The translations under genes were made by a program, and so were the position numbers. Shown piece after piece: positions 59,347 to 64,000 of a DNA stretch of 64,000 nucleotides; within the stretch, counting starts at the first letter, position 1; the number at the start of each line of letters is the position of its first letter. Source of the stretch: an uncultured Gammaproteobacteria bacterium. Lineage in GTDB: Bacteria; Pseudomonadota; Gammaproteobacteria; DRLM01. The stretch spans positions 160,001-224,000 of the forward strand of contig CAVSNY010000005.1 of NCBI GenBank assembly GCA_963729605.1, written 5' to 3'. The notes beneath the pieces are model-generated. The model was given only the letters and a program-made list of their open reading frames with translations. It had not been told where the DNA came from and did no database searches.

Positions 59347-60167
59347 GTCAACCACGCTATCAATGCCAGACCCACATAAAATACCGGCGCCGCCGCCGTG
59401 ATGCTGTCGATGCGGTCCAAGGCCCCGCCGTGCCCCGGTAAAAACCGGCCGCTGTCCTTGACGCCCGCCTCGCGTTTGAAGAGGCTCTCCAGCAAATCGC
59501 CCACCACGGAGATCACCACCACCACCACGCACAGCACCACGAACCACGGCGCGACCGCCGCCGACACATTAAGGATGAACACCGCGGCCACCGCCACCAG
59601 CAGAGACGCGGCCGCGCCGCCCATCACCCCTTCCCAAGTCTTGCCCGGACTCACCCGCGCCGCCAGCTTGCGGCGGCCGAAACGGCGGCCGGCGAAATAG
59701 GCCCCGCTGTCCGCGGCCCACACCAGCACGAAGAGAAACAACACGTAGGCAGGACCGGTGGCCGGATCGCGGTGCAACGCGGTCAAGGCCAACCAGGGCG
59801 GCAACAAAACGGCCACTCCGGCCAGCGCCCCGCCCAGCGCCGTGGCGGGCAACACCTTTGCGCCGGCTTGATAACGGAATATCGACACCGTCGCCCAGCC
59901 CCACCATAGCACAGCCGCCGCGGCGATCCCACGGATGACCTCGACGGGCGGCGGGGAGTACACGGCGAACAGCAGACCACCTGCGATCAGCGCCACGAAA
60001 ATCCGGCGCGCCGCCACCGGCAAGGCCACCAGCCGCGCCCATTCCAACGCGGCCACCACCAGCACCGCGGTGAGCAGCATCGCGAAATAGGTCGTGGGCA
60101 GGGCGAGCACGCCCCACACGAACAAGGGAATCAGGACGGCGGCGGTCAACAGGCGCTGTTTAAGCAC
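59343..60167 (-). CDS. cdsA: Phosphatidate cytidylyltransferase
   Basis: [44 protein letters not shown]. Confidence 0.96.
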   Translation of the reverse strand: MLKQRLLTAAVLIPLFVWGVLALPTTYFAMLLTAVLVVAALEWARLVALPVAARRIFVALIAGGLLFAVYSPPPVEVIRGIAAAAVLWWGWATVSIFRYQAGAKVLPATALGGALAGVAVLLPPWLALTALHRDPATGPAYVLFLFVLVWAADSGAYFAGRRFGRRKLAARVSPGKTWEGVMGGAAASLLVAVAAVFILNVSAAVAPWFVVLCVVVVVISVVGDLLESLFKREAGVKDSGRFLPGHGGALDRIDSITAAAPVFYVGLALIAWLT

Positions 60168-60921
60168 CTGAACTCTGCTCCACCTGTTCTCCGGTGCGCC
60201 CGAAACGACGCTGCCGGCCGGCGTAGGACAGCAAGGCCGCGTCGAAGGCGCGGGCGTCGAAATCCGGCCACAGGACGTCAGTGAAGTACAGTTCCGAATA
60301 GGCGAGATGCCATAACAGAAAATTACTGATGCGCTGCTCGCCGCCGGTGCGGATGAATAAATCCGGTTCGGGCAGACCGTGCAGCGCCAGATGCGCCTCC
60401 AGCAGTTCGGAGGTGACGTCCGCCGCGCGCAACTCGCCGGCCTCGACCTTCGCGGCGATGCGCTGAGTGGCTTGGGTCACGTCCCACCGTCCGCCGTAAT
60501 TGGCGGCGACCACCAGGGTCAAGCCGGTGTTGTTTTTCGAAAGGGCTTCGGCGGCGGCGATTTCTTCCTGCAAACGCGGCGCGAAGGCGCCGCACTCGCC
60601 CACCACTTTCAGGCGCACGTTATTTTCGTGGAGCTTTTTGCTTTCGCGTTGCAGGGCGGTGATGAACAGCTCCATCAGCAGGCTCACCTCTTTTTCGGGA
60701 CGCCGCCAATTTTCGCTGCTGAAGGCGAACAGGGTGAGGACCTCGATGCCTTTTTCGCCGCAGGCGCGCACCAGTTGGCGCACGGTCTCGACCCCGGCCT
60801 TGTGACCGGCCACCCGCGGCAGAAAACGCTTTTTGGCCCAGCGGCCGTTGCCGTCCATGATGATGGCCACGTGGCGGGGCACGCCGTTGCCGGGGAGGAT
60901 GTGTTGCGGCTCTTTAGACAT
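60160..60921 (-). CDS. uppS: Undecaprenyl diphosphate synthase
   Basis: HVAIIMDGNGRWA, FSSENWRRP, IRTGGEQRISNFLLW. Confidence 0.97.
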   Translation of the reverse strand: MSKEPQHILPGNGVPRHVAIIMDGNGRWAKKRFLPRVAGHKAGVETVRQLVRACGEKGIEVLTLFAFSSENWRRPEKEVSLLMELFITALQRESKKLHENNVRLKVVGECGAFAPRLQEEIAAAEALSKNNTGLTLVVAANYGGRWDVTQATQRIAAKVEAGELRAADVTSELLEAHLALHGLPEPDLFIRTGGEQRISNFLLWHLAYSELYFTDVLWPDFDARAFDAALLSYAGRQRRFGRTGEQVEQSSGA

Positions 60922-61060
60922 AAATATCAGGAGGGACTCGTACGCCTTCACTCTCGGGGACCGCCAACGCGGCCTACACCGCGAAAGGTTGCAGTTGACG
61001 CAGGCCGTCCCGCCGCGCTGCGCCCTTGAACGGCGCGCCCGCGCGCGCCGTTAGCTTCGA

Positions 61061-61618
61061 TTAAATCTCCATCAACTCCGATTCCTTGGCCGCCAACGCC
61101 TTGTCCACCTCGGCGATGTACTTGTCGGTGAGTTTTTGTATCTCGTCCTGGGCGCGCCGGTCGTCGTCCTCGGAGATCTGCTTGTCCTTGAGCAGTTTCT
61201 TCAATTCGCCATTGGCGTCGCGGCGGATGTTGCGGATCGCCACCCGCGCGCCTTCCGCCTCGCCTCGCACCACCTTGATCAAGTCGCGGCGCCGTTCCTC
61301 GGTGAGCGACGGCAAGGGAATCCGGATCACCCCGCCCGAGGTGTTGGGCGTCAAACCGAGATCGGAGGTCATGATCGCCTTCTCGATCGGCTGGACCATA
61401 TTCTTGTCCCAGGGCGTCACGGTCAGGGTGCGGCTGTCGGCCACCGCCACGTTGGCGGCCTGGCTGAGCGGCACGTCGCTGCCGTAAAACGACACCGTGA
61501 TGTGATCGAGCAGGCTGGTCTGGGCGCGGCCGGTACGGATTTTTATCAGTTCATCCTTCAGCGCGACGATGCTCTTGCGCATGCGGGCATCGGCCTGGGT
61601 CTTGACGTCGCTGATCAT
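61061..61618 (-). CDS. frr: Ribosome recycling factor
   Basis: [32 protein letters not shown]; 185 aa. Confidence 0.97.
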   Translation of the reverse strand: MISDVKTQADARMRKSIVALKDELIKIRTGRAQTSLLDHITVSFYGSDVPLSQAANVAVADSRTLTVTPWDKNMVQPIEKAIMTSDLGLTPNTSGGVIRIPLPSLTEERRRDLIKVVRGEAEGARVAIRNIRRDANGELKKLLKDKQISEDDDRRAQDEIQKLTDKYIAEVDKALAAKESELMEI

Positions 61619-62361
61619 GCATTGCCTCCCCGTTGTACCAGGGTGCCCTCGTCGGCACCGTTGACGATGCGGCGCAGCGCGCCGGGCCGGTTGATGTCGA
61701 ACACCCGCAAGGGCATGTCGTAATCGCGGCACAACACGATGGCGGTGGCGTCCATCACCCCCAGCTTGCGGTCGAGCGCCTCGTCATAGGTCAGTGACGT
61801 GTAGCGCTCGGCGCTGGGATCTTTCATGGGATCGGCGGTATACACGCCGTCCACCTTGGTGCCTTTCAAGAGCAGATCGGCGCCGATCTCGATGGCGCGC
61901 AGGCTGGCCGCCGAATCGGTGGTGAAAAAGGGATTGCCGGTACCGGCGGCGAACACCACCACCCGGCCTTTTTCCAGATGGCGGATGGCGCGCCGGCGGA
62001 TGTAGTCTTCGCAGATCTGATTGATCTTGATCGCCGACATCACCCGCGCCTGCGCGCCGCGCGCCTCCAGCGCATCCTGCATGCCGAGCGCGTTGATCAC
62101 GGTGGCCAGCATGCCCATGTGGTCGCCGGTGACCCGGTCGACGCCGGAGGCGGCGAGGCTGGCGCCGCGGAAGATGTTGCCGCCACCGATCACCACGCCC
62201 ACCTGCACGCCGTCTTCGATCAATTGGCACAACTCATCGGCGATGCGGCCCATCACCGCCGGGCTGATGGTGTCCTCGCCATCGCCCATCAAGGCCTCAC
62301 CGCTGAGTTTCAGCAATATCCGTCGAAAATGTGGCGCACTCTCCGTTGCTGGCACTGACAT
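61615..62361 (-). CDS. pyrH: UMP kinase
   Basis: [27 protein letters not shown]. Confidence 0.97.
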   Translation of the reverse strand: MSVPATESAPHFRRILLKLSGEALMGDGEDTISPAVMGRIADELCQLIEDGVQVGVVIGGGNIFRGASLAASGVDRVTGDHMGMLATVINALGMQDALEARGAQARVMSAIKINQICEDYIRRRAIRHLEKGRVVVFAAGTGNPFFTTDSAASLRAIEIGADLLLKGTKVDGVYTADPMKDPSAERYTSLTYDEALDRKLGVMDATAIVLCRDYDMPLRVFDINRPGALRRIVNGADEGTLVQRGGNA

Positions 62362-63239
62362 CAACCTCCGCGGACCTGGGCCATGACTTCTTCGGCGAAG
62401 TTTTCCGATTTCTTCTCGATACCTTCGCCCACTTCAAAACGCACGAAGCCGGTAACGACGGCGTTGTGCTGTTTCGCCAATTGCTCCACGGTTTGATCGG
62501 GGTTCTTGACGAAGGGCTGGCCGAGCAGGGTGATCTCGCGCAGGAACTTGCCGATCCGGCCCATCACCATCTTCTCGACGATGTCGGCGGGTTTGCCGCT
62601 GTCGGCGGCCTGCGCCGTATAAATCTCTTTTTCCTTGGCGATCACGTCGGCGGGCACGTCGTTGGGACCGAGCGCCACCGGCTTGCTCGCCGCCACATGC
62701 ATGGCGATGTCCTTGGCCAAGGCTTCGTCGCCGCCCTTGACGCCCACCAGCACGCCGATGCGGCTGCCGTGCAGGTACATGCCGACCTTGCCGCCCTCAT
62801 TGTTCAGCAGATGGAAGCGGCGTACCGAAATGTTCTCGCCGAGTTTGGCGATCAGCGCGCGACGCACCTCCTCCACGCTGCCGCCGCCGATGGGCAGGCC
62901 CATCACCTCGTCCACGGTGGCGGGCGACTTGGCCAACGCGGCCTGGGTCAGCTCGCCGGCGAATTTGATGAAGTCGTCGGCCTTGGCCACGAAGTCGGTC
63001 TCGCAGTTCACTTCGACGATGACGCCGCGCGTACCGTCCGCGCTCACCGCCGCCACCACCGTGCCTTCGGCCGCCACCCGGCCGGCCTTCTTGTCGGCCT
63101 TGGCCAGGCCGGACTTGCGCATCGCCTCCACCGCGGCTTCGATGTCGCCGCCGGTTTCGGTCAAGGCCTTCTTGCATTCCATCATGCCGGACCCGGTGCG
63201 CTCACGCAGTTCTTTGACCAGCGCCGCAGTAATTTCCAT
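62361..63239 (-). CDS. tsf: Translation elongation factor Ts
   Basis: [38 protein letters not shown]. Confidence 0.98.
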   Translation of the reverse strand: MEITAALVKELRERTGSGMMECKKALTETGGDIEAAVEAMRKSGLAKADKKAGRVAAEGTVVAAVSADGTRGVIVEVNCETDFVAKADDFIKFAGELTQAALAKSPATVDEVMGLPIGGGSVEEVRRALIAKLGENISVRRFHLLNNEGGKVGMYLHGSRIGVLVGVKGGDEALAKDIAMHVAASKPVALGPNDVPADVIAKEKEIYTAQAADSGKPADIVEKMVMGRIGKFLREITLLGQPFVKNPDQTVEQLAKQHNAVVTGFVRFEVGEGIEKKSENFAEEVMAQVRGG

Positions 63240-63392
63240 AGTCCTAACCTCTCTTGCTTAAATCTTTGAAAAGGGATGATCGGCGGCGCCACCGCCGTCC
63301 GCATCGTCACGCCCGCCGCGCATCGGCGCCGGCGCGACTCATTATCCGAAACCGCGCGGGAAGGGACCGGCCCTCCCCGCGCGTCGTTCGAT

Positions 63393-64000
63393 TTACCCCG
63401 CGTCTTCCGCGTCGACGGCGCCGGCCTGTTGCAGCGCGCTGGCCGTCCGTTTGGGTTTCTTGATGGTTTGTTTCACGCCGGGTTCGGCGGCGGGGCCTTT
63501 GGCGACGTGGTCATCCATTTCGACGAACTCATCGCCGGGGGAGGTTTGCAGCGCCACCGCCTTGCCGTTGACCACCGCGTCGGCCACGCCGCGCACATAC
63601 AGTTGCACCGCGCGCACCGCGTCGTCGTTGCCGGGGATGATGTAGTCGATGTGCTCGGGGCTGTTATTGGTGTCCACCACGCCGATCACCGGGATACCCA
63701 GTTTCTTGGCCTCGGCCACCGCGATGTTCTCGTTGCCGACGTCGATCACGAACAGGGCGTCGGGCAGGCCGGGCATGTCTTTGATACCGCCCAGGCTGCG
63801 TTCCAGCTTCTCCAGTTCGCGGCTGAGGCCCAGGGCCTCTTTCTTGCTGAAGCGGTCCAGGCTGCCGTCTTGGCGCATGGCGTCCAGCTCTTTCAAACGG
63901 CGGATCGATTGACGGATGGTCTTGAAGTTGGTGAGCATGCCGCCCAGCCAGCGCTGGTTGACGTAAGGCATGCCGCAACGCTTGGCCTCTTCCTCGATGG
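63393..64000 (-). CDS. rpsB: 30S ribosomal protein S2 (5' end outside window)
   Basis: [34 protein letters not shown]. Confidence 0.97.
   Translation of the reverse strand, partial: IEEEAKRCGMPYVNQRWLGGMLTNFKTIRQSIRRLKELDAMRQDGSLDRFSKKEALGLSRELEKLERSLGGIKDMPGLPDALFVIDVGNENIAVAEAKKLGIPVIGVVDTNNSPEHIDYIIPGNDDAVRAVQLYVRGVADAVVNGKAVALQTSPGDEFVEMDDHVAKGPAAEPGVKQTIKKPKRTASALQQAGAVDAEDAG

Overview
Bacterial chromosome segment, most likely from a GC-rich gammaproteobacterium. Basis: gene order rpsB-tsf-pyrH-frr-uppS-cdsA-dxr-rseP-bamA-skp-lpxD-fabZ-lpxA-lpxB-//-rnhB-//-dnaE-accA-tilS on the minus strand, plus recJ, radA, dbpA, dusA, aroE, mtnC and mtnD. The first ~8 kb is visibly AT-rich and holds a compact cluster of general-stress-type genes: two PRC-barrel proteins, a ferritin-like protein, BON, CsbD, DUF883, DUF1328, a small lipoprotein and a beta-barrel protein. 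It also encodes two sigma-54 enhancer-binding regulators. Five transcription units in this cluster are each preceded by a -24/-12 (GG-N10-GC) motif, and two of them have a tandem xxAA-N3-TTAC palindrome at identical spacing. This suggests a self-contained sigma-54-driven general stress regulon. Other highlights: a REP-like palindrome lying in frame inside dnaE; a GNAT-C39 / RLAN-RimK ATP-grasp / M14 peptidase module inserted between lpxB and rnhB; an alpha/beta-hydrolase plus secreted protein pair; two paralogous lipoproteins; an orphan JmjC oxygenase; and several families of REP/MITE-like repeats. No rRNA, tRNA, CRISPR array or intact transposase was seen. All calls are from motif recognition by eye; no database searches were run.
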